From: Lama guanicoe
Taxonomy: Eukaryota
NCBI GenBank assembly: GCA_013239625.1
Contig: MU053513.1
Location: 3,950,303-4,014,302 of the forward strand
DNA length: 64,000 nt
Direction of reading: 5' to 3'
The translations under genes and the position numbers were made by a program. This document shows, piece after piece, positions 1 through 11,589 of the stretch; positions within the stretch are counted from its first letter, which is position 1, and each line of letters opens with the position of its first letter. The notes under the pieces are model-generated. The model was not told the DNA's origin. It ran no database searches and saw only the letters and a program-made list of their open reading frames with translations.

Positions 1-20
1 CACCCCACCCCCCGCTTCAC

Positions 21-179
21 CTAAGGATCACATAGGAGTGAAATAAAGTGGTCTAGACATATTTTTGAGATTGGAACATTTTTTCCAGACTGTGATAGGA
101 CAGCTCCAAATGCGACACAGCTGGATTTTCCTTGGGTGGCCTGTGGTGCCTCAAATCCGACTCCAACTCTCTAAGGAAC
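21..179 (-). pseudogene. Pseudo-exon, RGS-like C-terminal helices
   Basis: ttttag acceptor and AG|gtgaag donor, 159 nt. Reads FLRELESDLRHHRPPKENPAVSHLELSYHSLEKMFQSQKYV*TTLFHSYVIL. Confidence 0.7.
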
Positions 180-293
180 CTAAAATTCATGTTTTTCAGG
201 TCTTTAATTAGGAAGGATAGAGACAATTTTATAACCTTGCTTACATGAAGGAGAAGTAGTCTGAATCTGTAGAGGAATTCTAAGAGGACTTAC

Positions 294-317
294 CTAATGC
301 TTCTGGCTTTTCAGGAC
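294..317 (-). pseudogene. Candidate 24-nt micro-exon
   Basis: gattttag|GTCCTGAAAAGCCAGAAGCATTAG|gtaagt. Strong splice sites; reading phase uncertain. Confidence 0.5.
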
Positions 318-900
318 CTAAAATCAGATTTCTGAATTCTCCCATGTTTTCACCTTTGTCATAGCTTAGCTAGGAATAACTCAGAGCAGAACAGTTTAGC
401 TCTCTGCCTTCCTCAGACTGCAGTGATTGGTAGAGCCATAAATGTCTCCCTGAAATAAATACACATAAAATATAAACAAAAACATGAAAAAATTCATCAT
501 ACAGTAGGTTTACATTAAAGAATAATTTAGGAGATACAGAATAATATTTGGGAAATATATTAGAGGTGTGAAAAAAGGAAGACACTTTTCAAACTAAGTG
601 TCTCTGGCACAGCAGAAAAATGCTTGTCCATCATATTTTAAATGACGTAATTAGGTGTTTGCAAGAACATAACTATATACCCCTTTGGGCACCTCAGCCT
701 CTGGCACAATCGTAAACAGACAAAAATCAATAGCAAATGTACCACAGTTCCTCTAAAATGGAATTTATTTATTTAATTTAGATTCCACTAAGTGAAAATA
801 ATATTTTAAAATTCCAATCAGTCCCAGAAGGCAGCGGGAGATCTGGGGCCTCCTGCCTAATGATGTAATTAAGCTTAGCTCATCATTATCCAGCCAGACA

Positions 901-901
<1 letters not shown>

Positions 902-931
<30 letters not shown>
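902..931 (+). repeat. (CA)n microsatellite
   Basis: Seen directly in the sequence. Confidence 0.95.
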
Positions 932-933
<2 letters not shown>

Positions 934-1202
934 CATGAATTGCAACTTCATTTGGAAGATTAAGCGGTTACTAAATAAATGACGGGGACTTGTGTATGTT
1001 GAGGAACAAAAAGTCTTAAGGGGTTTTTAATTTTTGGACTAGGTATTTGTTGATGTGCTTTTATAGTAGCTGGATGAAGGACAGATATTTTGGTGTGACA
1101 GTACTGGAAATCATTATAGGAGTAAAATAATGTAGTGCTTACTGTCCATTACAAACATATTTACATAAAAATGAAGATTTTAGGTACTTAAAGAGCATGT
1201 AC

Positions 1203-1287
1203 CTTATCATTTTTCAACTTTTAGTATTTATCTTACAGATCAAGCAGAAAACACTGAGTTTCTTTGGATAGTAGAGATTTAAGTTGC
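1203..1287 (-). pseudogene. Pseudo-exon
   Basis: ctatcag acceptor, AAG|gtacat donor. Reads QLKSLLSKETQCFLLDL*DKY*KLKNDK; both stops are TAA, one change from CAA. Confidence 0.65.
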
Positions 1288-1538
1288 CTGATAGCCATTT
1301 TAAAATCACTCTCAGCCGTGATGAGGAAGTGCTTCTTTCACATATTGTTTTGGTCTATCTTGTAAAGTATGCATGACATAACAGTAAGTCTAATATAAGA
1401 TATTGACCTGTCCTGGGTATGCTGTTGCACAAGGGGGTCGTTTCTCAAATATAATTTAACCTTCCAAACGGAAGTACAACTGAAGAAATTATTTTGAAAA
1501 TAAGGTTTATACTACAAGAAAATAATGTCACTAAGTAC

Positions 1539-1648
1539 CTTGAAACCCATGCACAAGAATGCTCAGACACTAGCCAGCCTCTGCTCTGCAGTTTACCTTG
1601 GCTTCTATCTCAGCACATGTGAGATTTTTTTTTTCAAGCTGTTATTAC
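1539..1648 (-). pseudogene. Pseudo-exon
   Basis: ttcccatcag acceptor, AAG|gtactt donor. Reads KSHMC*DRSQGKLQSRGWLVSEHSCAWVS(R) and joins the 1287 exon in phase. Confidence 0.6.
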
Positions 1649-1755
1649 CTGATGGGAACTTTCACAGTTGGTATTATGTGCACAGTGGCTGATTTTTAAG
1701 GGAGTAGAACATATGGAAAAGGAATTTCTTGCCCAGTTATAAAAAAACTCCTTAC

Positions 1756-2179
1756 TTATATGAGTAAAACTATATTTTATTCCATTGTTAGATGATTTTG
1801 TATCCTAAGAAACCAATTTATTCAGAATAAATAAAGTACTCCCAAATCTATTGCTTTCAGGTGCCTCTAAAATCATTCCTCAGTATTCCTAAGACACCTT
1901 TCTGGCACCAGGGCTGCAAGTGAAGTGACTGGGGAAGTCTTGCAGCCTTGCCAGTGGCAACAACAGCTACACATAGTAGCAAATAGATTGCATCACAGAG
2001 TGTATTACATTCTGGCTTGCATGAAGAGTAGGCCATAGAATAAACTTCAAATTCTCCGGACAACTGAGGGTGGCAGAGGGGCTCCATAGCTTTTGAGGTA
2101 AAAGCCTTGAGGAAAAGGCAATCAAACTAGATAAAGATGGTCTTGTTGGTAGAAGAAGCAGGGCCTTAAAAACCAAGAA
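1756..2179 (-). pseudogene. Pseudo-exon, end of one RGS-like module and start of the next
   Basis: tccctgcag acceptor, gtaagg donor. Frameshifted pieces FYLKSYGAPLPPSVVRRI / LWPTLHASQNVIHSVMQSICYY / ERCLRNTEE*F*RHLKAIDLGVLYLF. Confidence 0.7.
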
Positions 2180-2299
2180 CTGCAGGGACATGTATTATGT
2201 GTGACTAGGACAACAAGATGTGGCATGGAATAAAAAGCTAGAAAACTTCCAGGTGGGATGGATGGCACAGGCTGTGCTGATTCTGTTCTCCCACTGTTT

Positions 2300-2890
2300 T
2301 CTTTATTCTGTTAGTAAGAATTTACTGAGTGACTGCTACCTGCTAGATGTATGGAGAATGCAGCTGTACGAAGCGATGATATTCCTGTCCTCGTGGATCC
2401 ACACTAGCGAATGAGAAAGATGACAGATAAATGCACAAGTAAACATACTGTGATAAGTACTACAAAATAAATGTCCAGGTATTGTTGTTGAAATGCCTAA
2501 GTGATGAGAGGGAGCAGACCATTAGGGGTTGGCTGGCAAAGGAAGGCTGTTCTGAGCAGGCAGCATCTGAAATGAGGCCCACAGGCTGAGAATGGGGCAG
2601 TCGTGCAGGGAGCTGGAGAGAGAGCACTGTACGCAGAAGGACGATCTGTGTAAAAGCCTGGAGTGAGAAGGGCTTGGTGCATTTGAGAAATCAAAAGGAG
2701 GCTTGTAAAGCTAGATCATGGCATGCCAGAGGAGCAGTGGTACCAAAAGAGGTGAGAGAGATCTTCAGGAGCCAGATCATACAGGGACTTTCACATTGTG
2801 GCAAGGAGTTTGGATTCTTTTACAAAAGCAATGGAAGGGATTTAAGCAGGAGACTCACATGATCCAGTTTACCTTTTAAACATATCACTC
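2300..2890 (-). mobile_element. L2 fragment
   Basis: Antisense L2 3' motifs (ttactgagtgactgctac, aaggagtttggattctt, atgatccagtttacctttta). Confidence 0.65.
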
Positions 2891-2978
2891 TAATATGCTT
2901 TCATTTTGATAATAAAGAAAAGATTGTTCATGGGAAGTGAATTGTGTATACTGCATACATTATATAGAAATAAGCTAC

Positions 2979-3547
2979 CATTATTGAAATCTCCAAGGAT
3001 GATTGGAAAAAGATATTTCAATGTGGCAAAATTGAAAAAAAAATAAAAAAGAATTGTCTTGCTGGCTTCAGATTCTTCCACATGTCGATTTACTACCAGG
3101 AACTTTTATAAATCTCCCCAAAATAATATTTCATACATAACATGTATCTTTTAGCTCTGGCAGAAAAATTAATGGAAGTTCTCAAGGTAAAAACATGGCC
3201 TGAAGATAAGCCTGTTGGAAGTTTTAAAAATGGCAGGACCATTTTATTGTGTATCATCAGTAGGGCCCTTCTTGGTCAGGAAAAGCCCTGTTTGTTGTAG
3301 GAGAAGAACAAAACAGGGGGGATGATGGCCCGATTCAGTCTTCCCATTTTCAAGAGGGTGCACCTCTGTCATCTTCTTGAAACCAAATAGAACGTCTTGA
3401 CCCTCCATTTCTAGGGTCTCCTGTGTAGCATTCTCTACCCCGTGGCCAGTTATGAATGGAAACATTTGTTAACTTTCTCTGCATTAGCATTTGCCTGGGC
3501 TTAGACACCTTTACAGCAGTACCGGAGGTAGATGTCACTGACTGGGA
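2979..3547 (-). pseudogene. Pseudo-exon with an RGS alpha4-like FW motif
   Basis: Contains RPCFYLENFH*FFCQS*KIHVMYEILFWGDL*KFL. Boundaries tentative. Confidence 0.65.
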
Positions 3548-4559
3548 CTTTTAGAATCAAAGTAATTATTCAGAAAAAAAATATACAAAGTATAACTAAA
3601 TTTCACCGAATCATTTATGTAGAAATGTTTACCTAACTACAGGTATTCTGTGTTGACGGCATTCTGAAAGAACATGGAGAGGGTAGAGTTTGGCTAACTT
3701 GCACTCAAACCTTGGCTTAGCCACTTACTATCTCTGTGATGTTGGTCATTTCACTTCTCTGATTCGTTTTTGTCATTTATAACAAGGAGATAGTAACACT
3801 TGCCATAAAGGGTTATTATGAATTTTAGAAGTAGTGCATATGCAACACCTGACATGTAATAGCTGCTTAATTTACAATATACTTTATTATGTTTTTATCA
3901 TTATATTTGCCAGTTCCCCTCCACAGAGTTTAAAATTTCATACTAGTTACAGAGTTCCAATCCTTTTTTCCCTCTGTGATCTGTTTATTCTGTTGTTCAC
4001 TTCAGTCCACTTTGATCCCCTCTTTTTTTCTTTTTTCCCCAAAGGATGTATCCGAACTCAAATTCAAAGTTTCCCTTACAAGTAATTTTGACTTCAGCTT
4101 TTGATTGGGAGGCTGTAAATGGAGCCTCCAATTTTCCTGGTATAGGTGGTAGAAGCCATAGTGGTGATTAATTTTCCAGTATTTGCAGGGTTGCGTTTCT
4201 GAGCCTCAGTAGCACTCGTGATGGTGGTACCAGTGGTTGCAATAAAGTCAAGTTCTTGGTGTTGGTGGAGAAACTGGGGGTGCTTTACTCCTTAGCCTTG
4301 AGAATCCTTCACCTAATATCCTATGTTAAGTCCCCTTTCATTTTCAGTTTTATCCAGTCAGAGTATGTTCTGGTTTTTTGTTTATTTCACTTTGTTTCAT
4401 TTTCAATGAGAACTCTGACTCTGGCACAGATAGGTCTGTTTTTATCCTCTCTTTAGTCCTTAGTATCTTCATTGTCTCATTCCTTTCAGTTCCCACCCTC
4501 CTCCTTATCATGTGGGGGGCTCATAGATTCCCTTCCTCAGAGACTTAATTATAAGCCCT

Positions 4560-5365
4560 TTTCACTTTGTTATCACAAAATCATGTAAACATAGAGTATT
4601 GAAAATGACATGAATTCACTGTCTTTTCTGAACTCTGCTCCTTTGCCAGTACTTCCTACTTTGGTGAATGGTACCGCATACCATCAGTTAGCCACACCTG
4701 AAATCTAGAAGTATTTTTAGATCCTTTGCTGCCCTCTACACGTACACACTATCAATTCTGTTGCCTAAAATCTTTCCTTCTTTCCATTCTCATCCTTCTG
4801 GTTTATTTGGCTCGGACTCTTAACACCCCTGTATTATTGTTATAACCTCCTTTATCTCCACTTCCACCAGAAGGACATTTCTACCATGAAAATCTGATCT
4901 TATTACTCCTCTGTTCAAAAATTTTAGTTGTTCCTCAGTACCTACATAATACAACCAAACTTTTCACATGGCATTCAAGGCTCTTCAAGTTATAGCCCTT
5001 ATGTTTCAGTGTAGCTTTATTATCAACTGCAATTTCCCTTGAATATCATATTCTAGCCATTTAGTACCAATTCAAGTTCCCCAAACATTGATTACTTTTT
5101 CACATTTTTGGAAATTTTGAACATGTTGGTCCTCCTTACTGGAACCTGCCTCTCTTTTGTCTGCCTAGAAAACACCCCTCCAGCTAGTTTCAGTAAAGAT
5201 ACAACATTCTCCCAGGCAGGCTGGGGTTCCTTCCTCCTAACCCCCACTAAACATATTTCTTTCCTCACTGTGCTTCTTGTAGGCAGGGATTGTCTTCTCA
5301 TCTTTGTAGCCTTATCTGTCTAACACCTGGTTGGTACTCAATACATGTTTGTTGAATGAATGAAA
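4560..5365 (+). mobile_element. L2 fragment
   Basis: Ends in ggtactcaatacatgtttgttgaatgaatgaa. Confidence 0.7.
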
Positions 5366-5806
5366 GCTTTTCTCCCTCAAGGCCAACACATCTCTGGTTC
5401 TTTGCTGTTCCCGCATCTCTTGTGGTGGATGCTCTTGTTTCTGGCCTGCATTCACTCTGCTTCTCTCCTTTTTCTCTGGATCTACACACTTATGTGTAAC
5501 ATTTACCGAGCCCCTCTCTTCTGGTCCCAAGGCTGAATGTGTTTTAGATACGTGCCCCACAAGCACAGGTCACGAGTCACCTCAAAGGGACTTCTGCTTG
5601 ACAGCGTCAGTCGCTTAACGCTGTGCTTTCTTCAGCTCACACTGACCACTCTGGCTCTAACAGTTATGCTTGTCAGTCTGAGTCCAAGGCTCTGTTAACC
5701 CCTGAGCTTTCACATGTCTTGAGTCTTTCTACTGTTAGTCACAGTTTTCTCTGAGTCTGACCATGAGTATTAATATTGTCCATCTACATATAAAAAAGCT
5801 ACTTAC

Positions 5807-5913
5807 ATACCACCCTCATTTTGGGCAATAAAGTATTAGCTTCCCCACAGAAAGTTGTAATGAATAGTAATTTCCACAGGAAACAAATTTACACTGTGTT
5901 TATGAGGATTTCC
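5807..5913 (-). pseudogene. Pseudo-exon
   Basis: actag acceptor, gtaagt donor. Reads GNPHKHSVNLFPVEITIHYNFLWGS*YFIAQNEGG. Confidence 0.55.
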
Positions 5914-6206
5914 CTAGTTCACAAGTTTCTTCTTGTATAATGACGTGAAATAAATTCCAGCTCAGAAAGAACTAGTTCCCATTGAATAAAAATTTTTAGA
6001 ACTTTGAATTCTTTATCTATTTCCTTTCTATGATACTTGATATAAACTTACAGCAAAAATGAACAGGAGAAAATTGACCAAACTCACTTGAAGTCCCGGC
6101 ATTCTACAACTTGCTTATGATGAAGGCAAAAAAGCAAACTTGTAACAACAGCCAAAAAGAAAAACAAAAGCTATTAATGACCTGTTCTTTTATTCCTTCA
6201 GCTTAC

Positions 6207-6332
6207 TGTGGGTATAATTTCAACTCTTGTCTCCTGAGATGATACACTCCTGGGACCATGATCCTCCAGAACAGTATCTCATTCAGTCATAGTCATAGCT
6301 AAAGTGATATACATCGCTTTTTGAATTTCACA
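6207..6332 (-). pseudogene. Pseudo-exon with FW motif
   Basis: tttttcatag acceptor, gtaagc donor, 126 nt. Contains LNEILFWRIMVPGVYHLRRQELKLYP. Confidence 0.65.
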
Positions 6333-6711
6333 CTATGAAAAACTGACTTTGTCTGTAGACTAGGTGGAGTCACTTGGGTTCAAGAATGGTTTATTGTGTA
6401 GTGTTTACTGCCTCTGCTGATTCTAGGTAAGAGGAAGGGAAATGACATTCACTGAATGCTTACTTGGCCAGGCACTGTAGTAAGTTCTTTAAATGTCACA
6501 GCTAGCTTGTGAAGATGATATCGCTACCCTAATTTTACAGATGAGGAAACTGAATCTCATGTGGATTAATACATTTTCCCAGAACTGCACAGCTAATAGA
6601 AGGCTAAGCAGGAATCCTTGTTCTGTCTGACCTCAAAGCCTGTACTTTTCCTATCATCTGCTAATGCCTTTTAGCAATTATAATTAAGGATTGTGTGTAT
6701 AGTTGAGGTAC

Positions 6712-6992
6712 TCTGCATATTTCTGCCTCCCTTGGTGTCTTGTGCCAGATCATGTATTGTTTTTCCTACCATCATCCAAAGAGACTTCATCCTTCAAGAG
6801 ATTCTCAAAATGGGAGGGCCTTTCACCACTAGAGACCTACTAAATTTGCAGTGGATAAAACACATAAGAAATATTTTTGCATGGAGGCTGTACATATATT
6901 CTTTGACCATTCTCTTTCTCCTTTCTTAATGCAGGGCAGGCCACAAGAGGCTAATCTGGAACTACTGCTGACTAGCAATCACCACTTGCACC
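6712..6992 (-). pseudogene. Candidate pseudo-exon
   Basis: tctacag acceptor and a non-repetitive protein-like reading RMKSLWMMVGKTIHDLAQDTKGGRNMQ. Donor is weak. Confidence 0.45.
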
Positions 6993-7578
6993 CTGTAGAT
7001 CATGATGGTATGTGAACCACTAAGTTTCAAGCTCATGGATGTTAAATGTTATAGGAGTTCACAGGCGAGATCAAGAGTGGTTTCATGGAGGAGGTTGGAA
7101 TAAGTGTTTGTGAGACTGATACATGTTTGAAGGATGAGTAGGTGTTGATGGGTTGAGATGAAGAGGTAAAATTAGGCATTTCAAGATAGGAAAAATAACA
7201 AGCTGACAGAGACATAAATAAATATGCCTGGTGAATTGGTTCACCTACACCAGGTGACTTAAATGTCAGAGGCCATCAAAATATAACAAGGAAAATGTAT
7301 GGTGTGTGTGTCATGCAGTAGATAAAACTCTTGAATTCTGATTAATTCTCCCAGTAATCCTATGTGGTAGACACTGTAATCACCTCCATTTTACTGATGA
7401 GGAAACTGATGAACACAGAAGTTAAGTAATTGCCACATATCTAGGACTTGGTAGATCTAGGGAAGTCTGGTTCCAAAGTCTGTGCTCTTAAACCCAAACC
7501 TTGACACAGGTGTAGGGGCATTACCTGGAGAGGATAAAAGATGGTTGGAAAAACACTCCCATGACAGGCAGAATTCAC

Positions 7579-8431
7579 CTGAATTTTCCAACATGTTTTT
7601 TCCCTCTTCTCTGTTATTCCAGTTTTAAAAAAAGCTGATTTCTAGTTGCTTGATCTTCATGCTTGGATCTGCCCTTGCATCATCCCTTATCCAACTCTGC
7701 TTGATCCTTTTTGTTTTGTTTCTTTTCATTTTTCTCCACCTGATTTTCTTCTCTTTTTCCTTCTCTTCCTTTCTCTCCTCTCTGTATTATTTGAGCTGGT
7801 AATATCTCTTCCCGTTTGTAGGACTGTGGCTCAGAAACTCCACCATTCCCGTAGGAATCTCCAGGGCAAGAGTGGAAAAGGTTACCAAATTGCAGAAGCT
7901 GGGGACAGCTGGAAGCAGAACTCAATTAAGGGTCAATGAGCTTAACTTTCCTCTCCCGCCCCATCGCCCCTGCCTCTGCCTTGCCTTGTCCTGTCAGTCT
8001 AGCGTGGCCCACATGCCGGGGCGGCGGGCGCTGGGGGGGAGGTGATGAGAGTCCTTAACAGAGGGAGTCAGCCGCAGAGCTTGTGCCAGGGTAGGTTTTG
8101 CCTCCCCTGCAGCTGTTTTTGTCACCCGGCCAAGCGCAGCAGTGGATGTATTTGTTTGTACAGGAGGTAAAGCCAAGAGAATCTGGGCATAGTATTCCGG
8201 CAGCTCTATCTTAGTTTTCTGGAACTTGAAACACAGACTTGTCTAGAATTTTTTTTTTTTAAACTAGGTATCAGAATGGGTTTCTTTGGTTCTAAAAATG
8301 GAAAAAAAGAAACAAACAAAAAAGCAATTTCTGATGGAAATAGAACCACTAATTTCAATCCAGGGACTCTAAGTTGGTCAGAATTGCCCAGGTGGTTTTT
8401 ATTACGTCTCTTTCTGATTGCTGGTTGCCTC
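7579..8431 (-). pseudogene. Large pseudo-exon: RGS-like module plus charged linker
   Basis: Strong acceptor tctctgcctttctttctgtag. Contains WAILTNLESLD ... KIELPEYYAQILL, then an E/K-rich stretch, and a CAG|gtgaat donor at 7579. The 3' boundary is tentative. Confidence 0.55.
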
Positions 8432-8726
8432 CTACAGAAAGAAAGGCAGAGAAGTTTTAATATTATAGACATTGGTTGAGTGCCCATAATGTGTCTTCAT
8501 TTTACGTAGTATTGAGGAAAAGTGTAGGGGAAGGGATGAGACTAAAAACAAACAGTCCTAAAATAATATATAAAAACAAGGGAAGTCTACAACAATGTCA
8601 AGACAATAGGAGGCTGAAAGTTACTCCATTTGAGAAATTTGAGGAGCTCTTTTTTCAGGAGTTATCTTTAAAACGATTTGAACTACAAAATAGTCAATCT
8701 GAACACTACCTTGTTTACTCATTTAC

Positions 8727-8942
8727 CTTGGTACTAGATTTGGTGACAAGTAACTACTGATTGTTTTAAAAAAAAATCTCATCTTCGAAGAAAGAAAAGT
8801 CATTGTTTCTGAGGCTGTAAGAAGAATGTGCTACAGGCTTCATAGCACTGTAAATGGCAGCAGTAGTGGACAGGGGGCCAAAGCCCACAGCGACTGCTTC
8901 AAAGACGAGAGCGTGCATCTGGGCAGATTACGTTTTTGAATG
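8727..8942 (-). pseudogene. Pseudo-exon, RGS alpha6-alpha9-like
   Basis: NLPRCTLSSLKQSL / IYSAMKPVAHSSYSLRNNDFSFFEDEIF; AAG|gtaaat donor. Confidence 0.6.
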
Positions 8943-9087
8943 CTTGTTCAAAAATAAAGTTGCTCTATTTTATGGTTATGCTGTGAACACCAGTTCACTG
9001 ATGTTAGATTAAAATTTTGTGAGACCCATACATATGAGACTTTCAAAGAACAACAGAAGGCAAAATAAAAACAATCGTCAGTGCAAT

Positions 9088-9148
9088 ATGTGTATGTATA
9101 TATATATATATATATATATACATACACACATACACACTATACACACAC
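9088..9148 (+). repeat. (TA)n/(CA)n compound microsatellite
   Basis: Seen directly in the sequence. Confidence 0.9.
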
Positions 9149-9149
9149 A

Positions 9150-9665
9150 ATGGGATAATAGCCTTATAAAAAAGGAAATCGTGCCATTTGTGACAACATG
9201 GGTGGATTTGGAGGGCATTATGCTAAGTGAAATACGCCAGACAGAAAAAGACAACTACTGTCTGGAAACAACATATAGGTGGAACCGAAAACAGAAAGTC
9301 AAACTCATGGAAATAAAGAATAGAATGGGGATTGCCAGGGGCAATGGAGAGAGGCTGGTGAAAGGACACGAACTTTCAATTATAAGATGATTAAATTCTG
9401 AGGATCCAATGAGAAGCATAGTAACCACAGTAAATAGTACTGTGTTATATAATTAAAATCTGCTAAGAGAGTAGATCTTAAGAGTTTGCACCCCCCCCAA
9501 AAATAAATAAAATAAAAGGTAACTATGTTAAGAGAAGTGCATGTTAATTAACTTGATTGTAGAAATCCTTTCACAACGTGTACATATATCAGATCACGTT
9601 ATACACTTTAAATATGTTACAGTTTTATTTGTCAACTATACCTCAATAAAGCTGGAAAAATTTAT
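9150..9665 (+). mobile_element. L1 3' end (L1MA-like)
   Basis: ORF2 C-terminal remnant (IVPFVTTWVDLEGIMLSEIRQTEKD), 3'UTR and aataaa. Confidence 0.85.
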
Positions 9666-9884
9666 AAAGTAATCTATTACACAAAAAACTCAAAAACAGA
9701 ACCCAATAGTCAAAATGGTAGTTGAGTTCAAGGAAGGGTGACCGTAGAGACTGGAGTTCTTGCAGAAGACTAAAGGGAAAGTGAGGTTTTTTTATGCATA
9801 AAAATTTGGGAAATCAGACCATAAAAAATTAGGTATAAGGTTTAAAGCACAGGAGAAGCTTAACTAAATATTATCTTTAAATTA

Positions 9885-10450
9885 AGCATTGAAATAATAA
9901 CTATAAAGGTATTGGGCAATGTTATGAAGGTCCTCTAATCAGCGTTACCAAAACGGTCTACTTAATCCTTATTTAACCTATAAAATAGTGCTAGCTCTTG
10001 ATATAAGTCTTATGAAATAATGTTGGAGACATTTTGTGCATTTAGGTGCATTTTCTTGAGGCTGTTCACATGGCTGACTAACCCGATGCCTTACAGTCTT
10101 GTATTCCTAGACGTCTGTAGAAGGTAGAGACCAAGAAGTCTTGCAGAACTAGCTAGGAAAGTCAGCCAGACTTCCACAACAGCTGGTGACCTGTGACTAT
10201 TCATGGTTATTTGTCCAGAAAGTACTTTCAAGTAGTAGATGAAGATTAATAACAAATATACAGGAAAAAACAAGATCTGAAAATAAGCAAAGTTACTTAT
10301 TTCTGTAAGTATGATCTGAAGACTTAAAAAATATCTAAATGGTTGTAGTTTTACTGGCTTTGTAATAAAAAGTTACAAATTTGGCCTTTTCTTCAAACAA
10401 TCATGCAGAGAGCCTGTACAATATGTTCCATAGATTAAGAAAAAGGAATG
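9885..10450 (-). pseudogene. Pseudo-exon(s) covering about 1.5 RGS-like modules
   Basis: FITKPVKLQPFRYFLSLQ / HTYRNK*LCLFSDL ... LVLQDFLVSTFYRRLG ... LEDLHNIAQYLYSYYFN. Boundaries approximate. Confidence 0.7.
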
Positions 10451-11589
10451 TAACTTTAAACTTGTCACTAATTTCCAATTATAACATTAAAGGCTTAGAT
10501 GAAAATCTGCTACGAGGAAATAGATTCATTCTGAATCAACTCAAGTTTCATCGGCATTGAATACAATAATAGGTTATATTTACTGAACATCAGTTAAGTG
10601 CAAAACTGCAAAGTGGCCTATTTAATCTTTATAACAAACCTATAAGATGGGAACTGTTATAATCCTTATTTTGTAGATATGAAAAAAAGAGAGGCACAAA
10701 GAGGTTAGGCAGCTAGCCCCAAATCATAGAGTATTAAGATGCATAAATAGAACATAAACCCAGTTATTTCAACTCCAGAGCCCCCTTTAAAAAATCTTTT
10801 ATTTGTAACAGTAATAAATATGCATAGTTTAGAAATAAAATAACTACAAATCTTGTAATTAGGTTGAACATTTAATTTGCTGTGCACCTTTGAGAGTGAA
10901 AAGAGGTTGTTAACTGGATAGGGCACTGGAAAAACAGGCAAAAAAGAGGACTTTTCTGAAAAAAAAAGTGAGATGTATGGTCCCCAGATTTAAGCAGTCT
11001 TTTTCTCCAGTATCCCTTGCTCCCCAGTTCCCGCTGCTCGGAGGCAACTATTTTAAACCCTTTTGCTGCTGTTTTTAAAGAGTATTTTATATTTGGGAGC
11101 TTTCTTTGGAGGGGGGATTGCATTGAGAATTATTTATCCAAATAACATGCTGTACTGTAAATTCTTGATTTTCCAATTCTAGGTATTACATAGAGAGACA
11201 ATATATATTGATTTCTACTATGGAACTGAAGGCATTTGATCTCTTATACTTTCTGACTAAAACGAACTTCCTACCTTCATTCTCCAACTCCTTTTTGGCT
11301 AAATGATTTTGTGTTCATATTATTAAGATTACACAAATTTGATCCACATATAACAATTTATTAAATTTTCACACTCTACTTAATATTTTTCCCAGAGTTA
11401 ATTATCTTGTGTGTTCATTTTTGCTTAGTTTTTTATGTACCTGCTACACATTCAACCCCTACCTTTCTTTCTAAACTAAAGCTCCTCTTGTTACTGTCAA
11501 ACCTCACAGTTAATAGGTAAGTTCTACTTTTTCCCTTCAAAACATCTCTCCTGGATTCTGTATCTTCCTGATCCAATATGACTGATTGC

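Noticed and set aside
1930..2179. Protein-kinase-like reading (HLYLV...GLLFM)
   Set aside because: No HRD/DFG-type motifs; the neighbouring frames and exons fit the RGS-like model better.
3950..4321. Possible Thr/Pro-rich linker exon of the pseudogene
   Set aside because: Plausible by position, but it has no diagnostic motif and weak splice sites, so I did not call it. The same applies to about 14181-14229, 20250-20326 and 20850-20947.
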